Positions 19,419-29,079 of a stretch of DNA of 33,224 bases are shown here, one piece after another. Position 1 is the stretch's first letter. Every line of letters begins with the position of its first letter. The DNA lies in contig DAOMFF010000001.1 of assembly GCA_035429665.1 (NCBI GenBank), positions 1-33,224 of the forward strand, read 5' to 3'. Origin of the DNA: Azonexus sp. Lineage in GTDB: Bacteria; Pseudomonadota; Gammaproteobacteria; Burkholderiales; Rhodocyclaceae. Made by a program: the position numbers and the translations under genes. A model generated the notes under the pieces. That model did not search any database, was not told the origin of the DNA, and saw only the letters and a program-made list of their open reading frames with translations.

Positions 19419-20299
19419 CGAAGATCCGTTCCGGGTACATCGCCATCGTTGGCCGTCCCAATGTCGGCAAATCGACATTGCTCAACGAACTTGTCGGCGA
19501 GAAGATCAGCATCGTTTCGCGCAAGGCGCAGACCACCCGGCACCGGATCACCGGCATCGTCACCAACGACGACGCGCAATACGTGTTCGTCGATACGCCA
19601 GGCTTCCAGACCAGATTCACCAATGCCTTGAACCGGACAATGAATCGCGGCGTGACGCAGACCCTGAGCGAGGTCGATCTGGTGCTCTTCGTCATCGAGG
19701 CCGGTTCCTACGACGCCAAGGATCAGGCGGTCGTCAGGTTGCTGCCCAGAGACCGGCCGGTCATTCTGGTCATCAACAAGACCGACCGCTTGAAGGATCG
19801 CGCGGCGCTGTTGCCATTCATCGCCCGGGTCTCCGCAGAGCATGATTACGCGGCCATTGTGCCGATCAGCGCGACCAAGGGGCGCCAGACCGGGGAATTG
19901 CTTGCCGAAGCGCGCAAGTATCTGCCCAACGAAGGTCTGATGTTTCCGGAGGACGATCTGACCGACAAGAGCGAACGCTTTCTCGCCGCCGAATACCTCC
20001 GTGAAAAGGTCTTCCGCCTCGTTGGCGACGAACTGCCCTATGCGACGACGGTCGAGATCGAGAAATTCGAAATCGAAGGCAATCTGCGGCGGATTTTCGC
20101 GGCAATCGTCGTTGACCGCGAGGGTCACAAGGCGATCGTCATCGGCAAGGGCGGCGAATCGCTTAAGCGCATCGCCAGCGAGGCCCGTCAGGACATGGAG
20201 CGCCTGTTCGACGGCAAGGTCTATCTTGAGGTGTGGGTCAAGGTCAAATCCGGCTGGAACGACGACGAGCGCCTGCTGAAGAGTCTCGGTTACGAATGA
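19415..20299 (+). CDS. era: GTPase Era
   Basis: [22 protein letters not shown] and KH domain (VIGKGG). ATGA overlap with rnc. Confidence 0.96.
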   Translation: MTKIRSGYIAIVGRPNVGKSTLLNELVGEKISIVSRKAQTTRHRITGIVTNDDAQYVFVDTPGFQTRFTNALNRTMNRGVTQTLSEVDLVLFVIEAGSYDAKDQAVVRLLPRDRPVILVINKTDRLKDRAALLPFIARVSAEHDYAAIVPISATKGRQTGELLAEARKYLPNEGLMFPEDDLTDKSERFLAAEYLREKVFRLVGDELPYATTVEIEKFEIEGNLRRIFAAIVVDREGHKAIVIGKGGESLKRIASEARQDMERLFDGKVYLEVWVKVKSGWNDDERLLKSLGYE

Positions 20300-21024
20300 A
20301 CCTGCGCAGCAAAGTCGATGGCCAGCCGGCCTACGTCTTGCACGCCTACCCGTTCCGGGAAACCAGTCTCATCGTCGAAGTCTTTTCCCGTGACTTCGGG
20401 CGCATGGCCCTGCTGGCACGCGGGGCGCGCCGCCCACGTTCAGCGATTCGCGGCCTGTTGATGGCATTTCAGCCCCTTGAACTGGGCTGGGCCGGCAAGG
20501 GTGAAGTTCTCACGCTGATGAAGGCCGAATGGCAGGGCGGGCAACCCTTGCTGGCGGGTGCAGCACTTTTTTGCGGGTATTACCTCAATGAACTGCTGAT
20601 GCACCTGCTGCCGCGCGAGGATGCCCACGAGAAACTCTTCGCGCGCTACGTGGAAACGCTCTCGCGGCTGGCCGAAGATGCCGGGGCCGGGGAGCGCGAG
20701 GCCGATCTCCGCCGCTTCGAGAAGGCACTGTTGCAGGAGCTCGGCTACGGACTGACCTTGAATCACGACAGTAGCGGCAAGGAAATCGTTCCCGCAGCCC
20801 ATTACACCTACCGCATGGAACACGGTCCGGTGCGGCTGGAGCATGCGGGTGCCGCCGCCCAGGCGGTGAGCGGCAAGACCTTGCGCGATCTTGCGGCCGA
20901 GGATTTCTCGGATCCGCGATCGCGCGGCGAGGCCAAGCAGCTGATGCGCACGCTGATGGCTTATTATCTCGGCGGCAAGGAACTGGAAACACGCAGAATA
21001 TTCAAGGAGTTGCAGGAACCATGA
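20296..21024 (+). CDS. recO: DNA repair protein RecO
   Basis: [29 protein letters not shown] and [14 protein letters not shown]. Follows era. Confidence 0.93.
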   Translation: MNLRSKVDGQPAYVLHAYPFRETSLIVEVFSRDFGRMALLARGARRPRSAIRGLLMAFQPLELGWAGKGEVLTLMKAEWQGGQPLLAGAALFCGYYLNELLMHLLPREDAHEKLFARYVETLSRLAEDAGAGEREADLRRFEKALLQELGYGLTLNHDSSGKEIVPAAHYTYRMEHGPVRLEHAGAAAQAVSGKTLRDLAAEDFSDPRSRGEAKQLMRTLMAYYLGGKELETRRIFKELQEP

Positions 21025-21776
21025 TCGAACTTGGCGTCAATATCGACCACATCGCCACACTGCGGCAGGCGCGCCTTACCTACGAACCCGATCCCGTCTG
21101 GGGCGCCGTCGAGGCCCATCTTGGTGGTGCCGACGGCATTACGGTTCATCTCCGTGAGGATCGTCGCCATATCCAGGACGCCGATGTCCGCCGATTGCGC
21201 GACCTGACCCAGATCAAGTTGAACCTTGAAATGGCCGCGACCGAAGAAATGGTCGGCATTGCCTGCGGCCTGAAGCCGGAGATGGCGATGTTGGTGCCGG
21301 AAGGTCGCCACGAGGTGACCACCGAAGGCGGACTCGATATCCTCGCCCAGGAGGCTCGTCTGGCCGAGGTCATTGCCCGTCTGACCGACGCCGGCATCAT
21401 GACCAGTGTCTTCATCGATGCCGAGATTCCGCAGATCGAGGCGGCGGCGCGCATTGGCGCCCGCGTCTGCGAAATTCATACCGGCCCGTATGCCCATGCC
21501 TTCCACGCCATGGGCCGCGACGCCGAAGCACAGGCGGTGATCACCGAACTGGGCAAGATCCGTCAGGCCGGCGAGCGTGTTCGCAAACTCGGCATGCGTT
21601 TCAATGCCGGCCACGCGCTCAATTACTACAACGTCCAGCCGGTCGCCCGGCTGGCCGGGGTCCGCGAACTGCACATCGGCCACGCCATCGTCAGCCGCGC
21701 GGTATTTGTCGGCCTGCGCGAAGCCGTCCGCGAAATGAAACAGTTGATGCGCGAAGCCGCCGAGCGTGGCGAATGA
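21021..21776 (+). CDS. pdxJ: Pyridoxine 5'-phosphate synthase
   Basis: [36 protein letters not shown] and LHIGH. Confidence 0.96.
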   Translation: MIELGVNIDHIATLRQARLTYEPDPVWGAVEAHLGGADGITVHLREDRRHIQDADVRRLRDLTQIKLNLEMAATEEMVGIACGLKPEMAMLVPEGRHEVTTEGGLDILAQEARLAEVIARLTDAGIMTSVFIDAEIPQIEAAARIGARVCEIHTGPYAHAFHAMGRDAEAQAVITELGKIRQAGERVRKLGMRFNAGHALNYYNVQPVARLAGVRELHIGHAIVSRAVFVGLREAVREMKQLMREAAERGE

Positions 21777-22150
21777 TCCACGGCATCGGCACCGACATTG
21801 TTGCGGTCAAGCGTCTGCAGGGGATGTGGGAGCGGCACGGTGAGCGAGCGCTGGAAAAGCTGCTCGCTCCGCAAGAACTCACGGAATTTGCCCAAGCTGG
21901 CGCCAAGGGACGGTTTCTCGCCAAGCGCTTTGCCGCCAAGGAGGCGTTCTGCAAGGCGCTGGGCACCGGCGTGCGCCCGCCGGCCGTCCTGCCCGCCATT
22001 GCCGTCGCTCACGACGAACTGGGCAAGCCCATACTGGCCTTTCGCGGTCAACTGGCTGAAATGATCGAAAACCAGGAGCTCACGGTTCACCTTTCCCTGA
22101 GCGATGAAGCCGAATACGCCATCGCCTGCGTCATTCTGGAACGCCCATGA
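21773..22150 (+). CDS. acpS: Holo-ACP synthase
   Basis: [25 protein letters not shown] and HLSLSD. Confidence 0.95.
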   Translation: MIHGIGTDIVAVKRLQGMWERHGERALEKLLAPQELTEFAQAGAKGRFLAKRFAAKEAFCKALGTGVRPPAVLPAIAVAHDELGKPILAFRGQLAEMIENQELTVHLSLSDEAEYAIACVILERP

Positions 22151-23163
22151 AGCAACTCGCCATCGGTCCCCTGATGATCGACATCGCCGGCACCCGACTT
22201 GGCGATCTCGATCGCGAGCGCCTCTCCCACCCGCTGGTTGGCGGGATCATCCTGTTTTCCCGGAACTATGAGAATCCCGGGCAACTGGAAGCGCTGACGC
22301 GCGAGATCCACGCGCTGCGCAATCCGTTCCTGATCACCGTCGATCATGAAGGGGGCAGGGTGCAGCGCTTCCGTGAGGGATTCACCAAGCTGCCAGCGAT
22401 GGCTGCCCTCGGGCGGCTTTGGGATCAGCAACCCGAAGCAGCACTCGATTCCGCGCGCCAGTTGGGCTACGTGCTCGCCGCCGAACTGCGCGCGCGCGGG
22501 GTCGATTATTCGTTTACCCCGGTTCTCGACCTCGACTACGGACCGTCGCGGGTGATCGGCGATCGCGCGTTTCATCGCCAGCCGGATGCCGTCATCGCGC
22601 TGGCCAGGGCGCTGACGGCTGGCTTGCGTGACGGTGGCATGGGAAGCTGTGGCAAGCATTTTCCGGGGCATGGCTACGTGATTCCCGATTCGCATGTCGA
22701 ACTTCCCGTCGATGACCGCAGCCTCGAGGCAATGCAGGACGACCTGCTTCCCTACCGCAGGCTCGACCTCGATGCGGTGATGGCCGCGCACGTGATTTAC
22801 AACTGTATGGATTGCAATACGGCTGTATTTTCAAATAGATGGATAGACTATTTAAGGAATGACATAAAGTTCTATGGCGTCGTCTTCACCGACGATCTGT
22901 CGATGCAGGGCGCCGGAGTCGTCGGTGGCATGCTCGATCGCGTCGATGTGGCCTATCGTGCCGGTTGCGACATGTTGCTTGTGTGCAATTCCCCGGATGC
23001 CGTGGGCGAGGTTCTGGCTGACTGGCATCCGGCGGTGGATCCGGCCAGAGGCAGGCGGGTCGAAGCCTTGTTGCCGAAGCAGGCACCGATGGACTGGCAA
23101 ACGCTTCAGGCCGACCCGCGCTACCGCGCAGCGCTGGAAACCGTTGCGCGATTGACGGACTGA
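22147..23163 (+). CDS. nagZ: Beta-N-acetylhexosaminidase NagZ (GH3)
   Basis: VDHEGGRVQRF, KHFPGHG..PDSH and FTDDLSM. Confidence 0.95.
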   Translation: MKQLAIGPLMIDIAGTRLGDLDRERLSHPLVGGIILFSRNYENPGQLEALTREIHALRNPFLITVDHEGGRVQRFREGFTKLPAMAALGRLWDQQPEAALDSARQLGYVLAAELRARGVDYSFTPVLDLDYGPSRVIGDRAFHRQPDAVIALARALTAGLRDGGMGSCGKHFPGHGYVIPDSHVELPVDDRSLEAMQDDLLPYRRLDLDAVMAAHVIYNCMDCNTAVFSNRWIDYLRNDIKFYGVVFTDDLSMQGAGVVGGMLDRVDVAYRAGCDMLLVCNSPDAVGEVLADWHPAVDPARGRRVEALLPKQAPMDWQTLQADPRYRAALETVARLTD

Positions 23164-23205
23164 TTCACGAGCGATGCCGTCACCGGCGGAACCGGCGACA
23201 TGAAC

Positions 23206-23231
23206 GAAAACGGGCAGCCGAAGCTGCCCGT
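23206..23231 (-). terminator. Intrinsic terminator of efp (possibly bidirectional)
   Basis: Minus strand reads ACGGGCAGC-TTCG-GCTGCCCGT-TTT, with a C(UUCG)G tetraloop. Confidence 0.7.
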
Positions 23232-23255
23232 CCAATGCAAGCAACAGACCACCGA

Positions 23256-23813
23256 TTACTTGGCGCGGCTCTTGTACTCGTCGGTACGGGTGTCGATTTC
23301 GATCTTGTCGCCGATGCTGATGAAGGCCGGAACCGGCAATTCGAAACCGGTGGCGAGGCGCGCCGGCTTCAATACCTTCCCGGAGGTGTCGCCTTTGACC
23401 GCGGGTTCGGTGTAAACGACTTCGCGGACCACGCTGTTCGGCAGTTCGACCGAAATTGCCTTGCCGTTGTAAAAGACAACCTCGCAGGCGAGACCGTCTT
23501 CGAGGTACTTGAGCGCGTCGACCATGTTCTCCGCTTCAACCTCGAACTGGTTGTACTCGGCGTCCATGAATACGTACATCGGATCGGCGAAGTAGGAATA
23601 GGTGACTTCCTTCTTTTCGAGGACGACGACCTCGAACTTGTCGTCGGCCCGATAGACCGCTTCCGAAGCGGCGCCGCTCAAAAGATTCTTGAGCTTCATC
23701 TTGACCACCGACGCATTGCGGCCGGACTTGCTGTACTCGGTCTTCTGGACAACGAGCGCGTCGGAGCCAACCATGATGACGTTGCCGGAGCGGAGTTCCT
23801 GTGCGGTTTTCAT
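23256..23813 (-). CDS. efp: Elongation factor P (Arg32, rhamnosylated type)
   Basis: [11 protein letters not shown], loop KSGRNA with Arg at the modified position, PAVKGDTSG and DTRTDEY. 185 aa. Confidence 0.96.
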   Translation of the reverse strand: MKTAQELRSGNVIMVGSDALVVQKTEYSKSGRNASVVKMKLKNLLSGAASEAVYRADDKFEVVVLEKKEVTYSYFADPMYVFMDAEYNQFEVEAENMVDALKYLEDGLACEVVFYNGKAISVELPNSVVREVVYTEPAVKGDTSGKVLKPARLATGFELPVPAFISIGDKIEIDTRTDEYKSRAK

Positions 23814-23849
23814 TCGAAGTTCCCAAGATGCCAAAAAAGTAAGCTTGAA

Positions 23850-23855
23850 ATTATA
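23850..23855 (-). promoter_or_regulatory. Perfect -10 box (TATAAT) overlapping the earP stop codon, likely efp promoter
   Basis: Minus strand reads GGTATAATTTC about 37 bp upstream of the efp ATG. The -35 is weak. Confidence 0.5.
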
Positions 23856-24942
23856 CCTTGGTGGCACAGAACTTGACGAGCGCTGCACACAGGTCTGGGC
23901 GCTCACCAAGACCTTGGCTCCAGCGGCGTGTGTGCGCCGTGATTTCCATCCTCGCTGCGAGAAAATCCGCCCAGGCGTGGCGAAGGTGGCTGCCAGAATT
24001 CCATGCCTTGAACAGGTTGACCGCGGCAGTCGCCGCGAAATCATCCATCCCGGCAGTGTAGCGCTCGAGAAAGGCATCCAGCTTGACCAGATGGGCGCCG
24101 GCCTCCTGGACGTAAGGCTGCCAGACAAATGCCTTGCCGGCCCATTGTGCACGGACGAAGGAATCTTCGCCGCGAACGAAATTGATATCGCAGCGCCACA
24201 GCAACTCATCGTACTCATCGAGCGGCAGGGGGTCGAACCGAATTACCCGCAAGTCGCCGAACTGCCATGGGTCTTTTCCGCCGCAATGGGTCTGGACGGC
24301 AGCCAGCGGCTTGCCGGCGGCGACATGGACACGAACCGGACTCGGTGAGCCCGCCAAAACGTCGAGCAGTTCACCCACCGGCGCGTTGTCGTAACAGAAC
24401 AGGCTGATATCGATGCCCTCGCGAGCAGGACGGCGCGTTGCAACCGCATCGCGTCGCGCAAGCAGACCCTTTTCACATAACAGACCGCCCGTGGCAGCCG
24501 AAAAGCCCGGAAAATAAAAATATTTGGTCAGCGGCAGGATCGGGTGAGGTGAAGCCACGCCGTGGCAACCTTCAATCCAGGATTCGGCGGTGAGGTATTC
24601 GAGATTGATCCAGCAAGGCTTGGTCGCCGCCTGCGCCATCGCCACCAGGTAATTTTCCGGAAGCTTGCAGCCGAAGCCCTCGATAATCACCTCGCCAACG
24701 CGGTCCACCGCAACATTTCCGGCCCAGCGACGAATTTCGACGCCCTGGCAATGCTGTTTGTCTCTTGCGACATCGACTGCAGGGCACAGTAGCCGCAGGC
24801 CATCCACATCGTCGAGCCACAGCCGCACCTGCTTGCCATGCTCCGCCGCCAGTTGCCGGGCGAGCCGCCAGCAGACGCCGATATCCCCTTGATTGTCGAT
24901 TGCGTGGCAGAAGATGTCCCAATGAAGCTGCATGGACGGCAT
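23851..24942 (-). CDS. earP: EF-P arginine rhamnosyltransferase EarP
   Basis: [37 protein letters not shown] and [14 protein letters not shown]. Adjacent to efp. Start at 24942 or 24933. Confidence 0.93.
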   Translation of the reverse strand: MPSMQLHWDIFCHAIDNQGDIGVCWRLARQLAAEHGKQVRLWLDDVDGLRLLCPAVDVARDKQHCQGVEIRRWAGNVAVDRVGEVIIEGFGCKLPENYLVAMAQAATKPCWINLEYLTAESWIEGCHGVASPHPILPLTKYFYFPGFSAATGGLLCEKGLLARRDAVATRRPAREGIDISLFCYDNAPVGELLDVLAGSPSPVRVHVAAGKPLAAVQTHCGGKDPWQFGDLRVIRFDPLPLDEYDELLWRCDINFVRGEDSFVRAQWAGKAFVWQPYVQEAGAHLVKLDAFLERYTAGMDDFAATAAVNLFKAWNSGSHLRHAWADFLAARMEITAHTRRWSQGLGERPDLCAALVKFCATKV

Positions 24943-24957
24943 GCTACCATCGTCGCC

Positions 24958-25605
24958 ATGTCGTCATTCCATGATCCGCAGGACTGTACCGCGTGCCCGC
25001 GCCTGGCAGGGCACCTCGCCATTATCCGCCGGCGCGATCCGGACTGGCACGCGCTGCCGGTCGCGGCCTTCGGTCCGCTGGACGCCGAACTACTGGTGGT
25101 CGGACTCGCGCCAGGCGAAAAGGGAGCCAACCGGACCGGTCGTCCGTTCACCGGTGACGTCGCCGGTGAATTGCTCTATCCGGCACTGCACCGCTTCGCC
25201 TTTGCCACCACGGACGCGCCTCTCGGGCCGGACAGCCGGGCCAATCCGGCGATGCGCCTGGTCAACTGCCGGATCACCAATGCCGTGCGCTGCCTGCCGC
25301 CAGCCAACAAGCCGACGACCGCCGAGATCCACGAATGCAATGCCCATCTTCAGGCCGAACTGGCGGCGATGCCGCGCCTGAAAGTCATCGTCGCCCTCGG
25401 TGCCATCGCCCATCAAGCGGTGCTTCGCGCCTACCGCCTCAGGCCGGCGGGCCACGTGTTTGGTCACAACGTCAGCCATGCCTTGCCGGATGGCCGCCTG
25501 CTGGTCGACAGCTACCACTGCAGCGGCTACAACTGGCGGACGGGGCGCCTGTCGCGTGACAGCTTCGAAGCCGTCTTTGCCGGCGTCAAGGCGCGACTCG
25601 GGTAA
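24958..25605 (+). CDS. Uracil-DNA glycosylase, family 5-like (4Fe-4S type)
   Basis: CTACPRL, GLAPGEKGANRTGRPFTGD, ITNAVRCLPPANKP..EIHEC and SYHCSGYN. Confidence 0.88.
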   Translation: MSSFHDPQDCTACPRLAGHLAIIRRRDPDWHALPVAAFGPLDAELLVVGLAPGEKGANRTGRPFTGDVAGELLYPALHRFAFATTDAPLGPDSRANPAMRLVNCRITNAVRCLPPANKPTTAEIHECNAHLQAELAAMPRLKVIVALGAIAHQAVLRAYRLRPAGHVFGHNVSHALPDGRLLVDSYHCSGYNWRTGRLSRDSFEAVFAGVKARLG

Positions 25606-25617
25606 TCCGGAAGCGGC

Positions 25618-27429
25618 ATGAGTTTCGATGCCCGCGAGTTTCTCGCCTCGCTGACCGAGTTGCCCGGGGTCTACCGGATGCTCGATGCCGGCGGCGCCGT
25701 ACTCTACGTCGGCAAGGCGAAGAACCTGAAGAAACGGGTTTCATCCTATTTCCGCGAGAACCTGGCGAGTCCGCGCATCGCCCATATGGTCAGCCAGATC
25801 GCCGCCGTCGAAACGACCGCGACACGTACCGAAGCGGAAGCGCTGCTTCTCGAAAACAACCTGATCAAGTCGTTGTCGCCGCGTTACAACATCCTGTTTC
25901 GCGACGACAAATCCTATCCCTACATCGTCCTCACCAGGGACGAATTTCCCCGGCTCGGCTTCTTTCGCGGCAATCCCGATCGCAAGGCGGACTATTTCGG
26001 TCCATATCCTTCGTCGTGGGCGATCCGCGACAGCATCCATCTGTTGCAGAAGATGTTCCGACTGCGCACCTGCGAGGATTCGGTGTTCGCCAATCGCTCA
26101 CGCCCCTGCCTGCTCTACCAGATCAAGCGCTGCAGCGGGCCGTGTGTCGGTCACGTCAGCCCCGAAGCCTATGCGGCGGACGTTCAACTGGCGTCGATGT
26201 TCCTGCTCGGGCGCCAGCAGGAGGTCACCGGGCGCCTGACGAAAGCGATGGAGGCGGCATCGGCGAGACTTGCGTTCGAACAGGCGGCGGTGTACCGCGA
26301 CCAGATACAGTCCCTGCGCCAGGTTCAGGAAAAGCAGTACGTTTCCAACAGCAAGGGCGAGGACATTGACGTCGTCGTCGCCCTGCGCGAAAGCGGGCAG
26401 CTTTGCGTCAATCTGGCCATGGTCAGGGGAGGCAGGCATCTGGGAGACCGGCCGCAATTTCCGGTCAATGGCGGCGACTGCTCGCCGGCCGAGGCCGTCG
26501 CGGCATTCATCCGGCAGCACTACGCCGCCCACCCGGCACCCGCCAGAATAATCGCGCTGCCGTCTCCCGAGCAGGAAGAGGGGAGCGATGTCGGGCAACT
26601 GCTTGCCGAACTGGCCGGGCGGGCGGTGCCCTTCATCGAGGCGCGTTCGGTCGTGCACCGGGCGTGGGCCGACATGGCTGTACAGAACGCTCGACTCGCC
26701 ATCGTCGCCCGCAATCAGGCGTCGGCCCAGCAGGAACAGCGCCTGCTGGCGCTGCAGCAGGTCCTGGCGCTGCCTGACGCAATCCGGCGCATCGAATGTT
26801 TCGACGTCAGCCATACGCAGGGCGAGGCCGCCGTCGCATCGTGCGTGGTCTACCAGGAAAACGGCATGAAAAAGGCTGACTACCGGCGCTTCAACATCCG
26901 CGACATCGAGCCCGGCGACGATTATGCCGCCATGCGCCAGGCCGTCAGCCGGCGTTACGAGCGTGTGGCTGGCGGCGAAGGCATGGCGCCGGACCTGATC
27001 CTGATCGACGGTGGCAAGGGGCAGGTCGCGTGTGCGCATGCGGCGCTCGCGGAACTCGGACTGGGAGAACTGGCGATGATCGGAGTCGCCAAGGGCGAGG
27101 GGAGAAAGCCCGGATTGGAAACGCTGGTTTTCCCGGATGCCCGCGAGCCGTTACAATTGCCGGCGGAACATCCGGCATTGCACCTGATCCAGGAAATTCG
27201 CGACGAAGCGCACCGCTTTGCCATCACCGGCCATCGGGCACGGCGCGGCAAGGCCCGCAGGACTTCAAAGCTCGAAGATCTGCCGGGCATCGGTGCGGCC
27301 CGTCGCAAGGCTCTGGTCGCGCGTTTTGGTGGCCTGGCCGGTGTCCTTGCAGCATCGCCGGACCAACTGGCCGAAGTTCCCGGAATCAGCCGGAAACAGG
27401 CCGAAGAGATATTCGCAGCGCTACACTGA
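25618..27429 (+). CDS. uvrC: Excinuclease ABC subunit C
   Basis: PGVYRM..LYVGKAKNLKKRV (GIY-YIG), RIECFDVSH, DDYAAM, LIDGGKGQ, RDEAHRFA and C-terminal HhH. Confidence 0.96.
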   Translation: MSFDAREFLASLTELPGVYRMLDAGGAVLYVGKAKNLKKRVSSYFRENLASPRIAHMVSQIAAVETTATRTEAEALLLENNLIKSLSPRYNILFRDDKSYPYIVLTRDEFPRLGFFRGNPDRKADYFGPYPSSWAIRDSIHLLQKMFRLRTCEDSVFANRSRPCLLYQIKRCSGPCVGHVSPEAYAADVQLASMFLLGRQQEVTGRLTKAMEAASARLAFEQAAVYRDQIQSLRQVQEKQYVSNSKGEDIDVVVALRESGQLCVNLAMVRGGRHLGDRPQFPVNGGDCSPAEAVAAFIRQHYAAHPAPARIIALPSPEQEEGSDVGQLLAELAGRAVPFIEARSVVHRAWADMAVQNARLAIVARNQASAQQEQRLLALQQVLALPDAIRRIECFDVSHTQGEAAVASCVVYQENGMKKADYRRFNIRDIEPGDDYAAMRQAVSRRYERVAGGEGMAPDLILIDGGKGQVACAHAALAELGLGELAMIGVAKGEGRKPGLETLVFPDAREPLQLPAEHPALHLIQEIRDEAHRFAITGHRARRGKARRTSKLEDLPGIGAARRKALVARFGGLAGVLAASPDQLAEVPGISRKQAEEIFAALH

Positions 27430-27433
27430 ACCA

Positions 27434-28012
27434 ATGCCCTTCAACCTGCCCATCCTGCTGACCTGGCTGCGCATCGTCGCCATACCCTTGCTGATAGCGG
27501 TCTATTATCTGCCCGCCGGCTGGGTTACAGGCCATGAGCGCGATGTGGCGGCGACCTCGCTGTTCATCGCAGCGGCAGTTACCGACTGGGCCGACGGTTT
27601 CCTGGCGCGCAGGTGGAACCAGACATCGGCGTTTGGCGCTTTTCTCGATCCGGTTGCCGACAAGCTGATAGTTGCAGCGGCCCTGATCGTCCTGGTTCAG
27701 TTGGGACGCACAGACGCCATCGTCGCCGCGATCGTTATCGGGCGTGAAATCACCATCTCGGCATTGCGCGAATGGATGGCCGGGATTGGTGCGTCGAGGA
27801 GCGTGGCGGTATCGATGCTGGGGAAGATCAAGACCGTCGCGCAAATGGTCGCAATTCCGATGCTGCTCTACTACGAGGAATTTCTGGGGATTGACTGCCG
27901 GCTTCTCGGGAGCTGGCTGATGTGGGTCGCCGCGCTTCTTACCTTGTGGTCCATGGGCTACTACCTGAGGATGGCCTGGCCGGAAATAGCTGCGCGTAGC
28001 AAAGACCATTGA
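27434..28012 (+). CDS. pgsA: CDP-diacylglycerol--glycerol-3-phosphate 3-phosphatidyltransferase
   Basis: NLPILLTWLRI, TDWADGFLAR..GAFLDPVADK, REITISALRE and GKIKT. Confidence 0.95.
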   Translation: MPFNLPILLTWLRIVAIPLLIAVYYLPAGWVTGHERDVAATSLFIAAAVTDWADGFLARRWNQTSAFGAFLDPVADKLIVAAALIVLVQLGRTDAIVAAIVIGREITISALREWMAGIGASRSVAVSMLGKIKTVAQMVAIPMLLYYEEFLGIDCRLLGSWLMWVAALLTLWSMGYYLRMAWPEIAARSKDH

Positions 28013-28064
28013 TTACCTTGACGTACAAAAAGCCTGTTGCGCTTCGGGTGGATTAGGCGTAAAA

Positions 28065-28215
28065 AGGAATTGCAGTTTCGTATAGCTAACCACTTGGAGA
28101 GCGATTATTGAGAATGCAACTTCCTCAGGATGACTAGTCAGTACCCAGACGGGGAAACCCGATAACCGGTGCACAAGGCACCGATACAAAACGCCGCTCA
28201 ACGCGGCGTTTTCCG
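28065..28215 (+). ncRNA. Candidate structured small RNA of unknown family
   Basis: Non-coding gap with several consecutive hairpins ending in a terminator. Possible promoter TTGCGC-17bp-TAAAAA at 28037-28065. No family recognised, and the strand is inferred. Confidence 0.4.
28188..28212. terminator. Bidirectional intrinsic terminator
   Basis: AAAACGCCGC-TCAAC-GCGGCGTTTT: a perfect 10-bp stem with A/T tails on both sides, between convergent units. Confidence 0.8.
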
Positions 28216-28255
28216 TTTACGTTCGTTTTCAGCACTTTCCGCGTTGTTCGAGGAC

Positions 28256-28618
28256 TCAGAGCAGGGTCGTGTCGTCGTGCGAATACGCCGGAGCACAGCA
28301 GCACAGGATGTGCAGCGCATCCGTGTCGGCATTCTCGACGCAATGCGGCGTGCCGGGCGCAATCGCGATGCTGTCGCCGACCGCGATCGCAAACGTCTCC
28401 ACCCCCAGCGTCATTCGGCCGCTGCCCCGCGTCACGTGGTAGATCTCCTCGCTGGTTTCGTGGCGGTGCAGCCGGGTTTTGGCGCCGGGCGGGACGACCG
28501 CTTCGGCGAGGCTCTGGTTGCGCACGGGATGCACGCTCGGGTGCAGCAGTTCGCGGATCTCCGAGCCGTCCCGGGTGATATAGGGTGCGATGTCGCCCAA
28601 CGATGTCCTGCCGCTCAC
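28256..28618 (-). CDS. Cupin domain protein
   Basis: YITRDGSEIRELLHP, HRHETSEEIYHV..G and IAPGTPH cupin motifs. GTG start overlaps the creA stop. Confidence 0.85.
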   Translation of the reverse strand: MSGRTSLGDIAPYITRDGSEIRELLHPSVHPVRNQSLAEAVVPPGAKTRLHRHETSEEIYHVTRGSGRMTLGVETFAIAVGDSIAIAPGTPHCVENADTDALHILCCCAPAYSHDDTTLL

Positions 28619-29079
28619 TTGCCCCCCCACGGCTGGATCGGCACCGTCGAGATGGCGTTGGCGGGCGCGCCCTCGATGATCTTGCGGCTGATCGCCAGAT
28701 AGACCAGCACATTGCGCTTGCGGTCGACGAAACGCGTGATTTTCGTTTCCTTGAAGATCAGCGAGGTGTTTTCGCTGAAGACGACATCTTCGTCGGGGAG
28801 ATTCGCCGGCAGGGTGATCGGCCCGACCTGGCGGCACGCCAGTGAAAACTGTGACGGGTCTTCGGCCAGCCCGAAACTGCCCTTGACGCCGCCGGTGCGC
28901 GCCTGGCTGACGTGGCAGGTGACGCCGGGAACCTTCGGGTCGTCGTAGGCATAGACGCAGACCCGGTGGTTGGCGCCGATCAGCTTCCAGGCGGTGGTGG
29001 CGCAGCCGATCTCCTCGGCCGCGACAGAAAGACTGGGCAAGGCGAGGGTGGCGACAAGCAGTGTGTTGTAGGGTTTCAT
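28615..29079 (-). CDS. creA: CreA family periplasmic protein
   Basis: Signal peptide, DDPKVPGVTCHVSQARTGGVKGSFGLAEDPS, ACRQVGPI and NAISTVP. Confidence 0.9.
   Translation of the reverse strand: MKPYNTLLVATLALPSLSVAAEEIGCATTAWKLIGANHRVCVYAYDDPKVPGVTCHVSQARTGGVKGSFGLAEDPSQFSLACRQVGPITLPANLPDEDVVFSENTSLIFKETKITRFVDRKRNVLVYLAISRKIIEGAPANAISTVPIQPWGGK

Noticed and set aside
22801-22870. AT-rich nagZ patch as a dif site or replication origin
   Set aside because: No match to the XerC/XerD dif consensus (...CATAATGTATATTATGTTAAAT) and no DnaA-box cluster.
23814-24218. Apparent 135-aa N-terminal extension of EF-P in the ORF track (320 aa)
   Set aside because: It overlaps earP in another frame. Canonical EF-P starts at ATG 23813 with its own -10 box upstream.
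28100-28125. Fur box in the candidate sRNA region (TGAGAATG)
   Set aside because: Only about 9 of 19 positions match the GATAATGATAATCATTATC consensus, which is a half-site at best.
28013-28201. 62-aa minus-strand ORF in the pgsA-cupin gap
   Set aside because: It starts at a TTG inside the terminator hairpin, with no RBS and no recognisable features.
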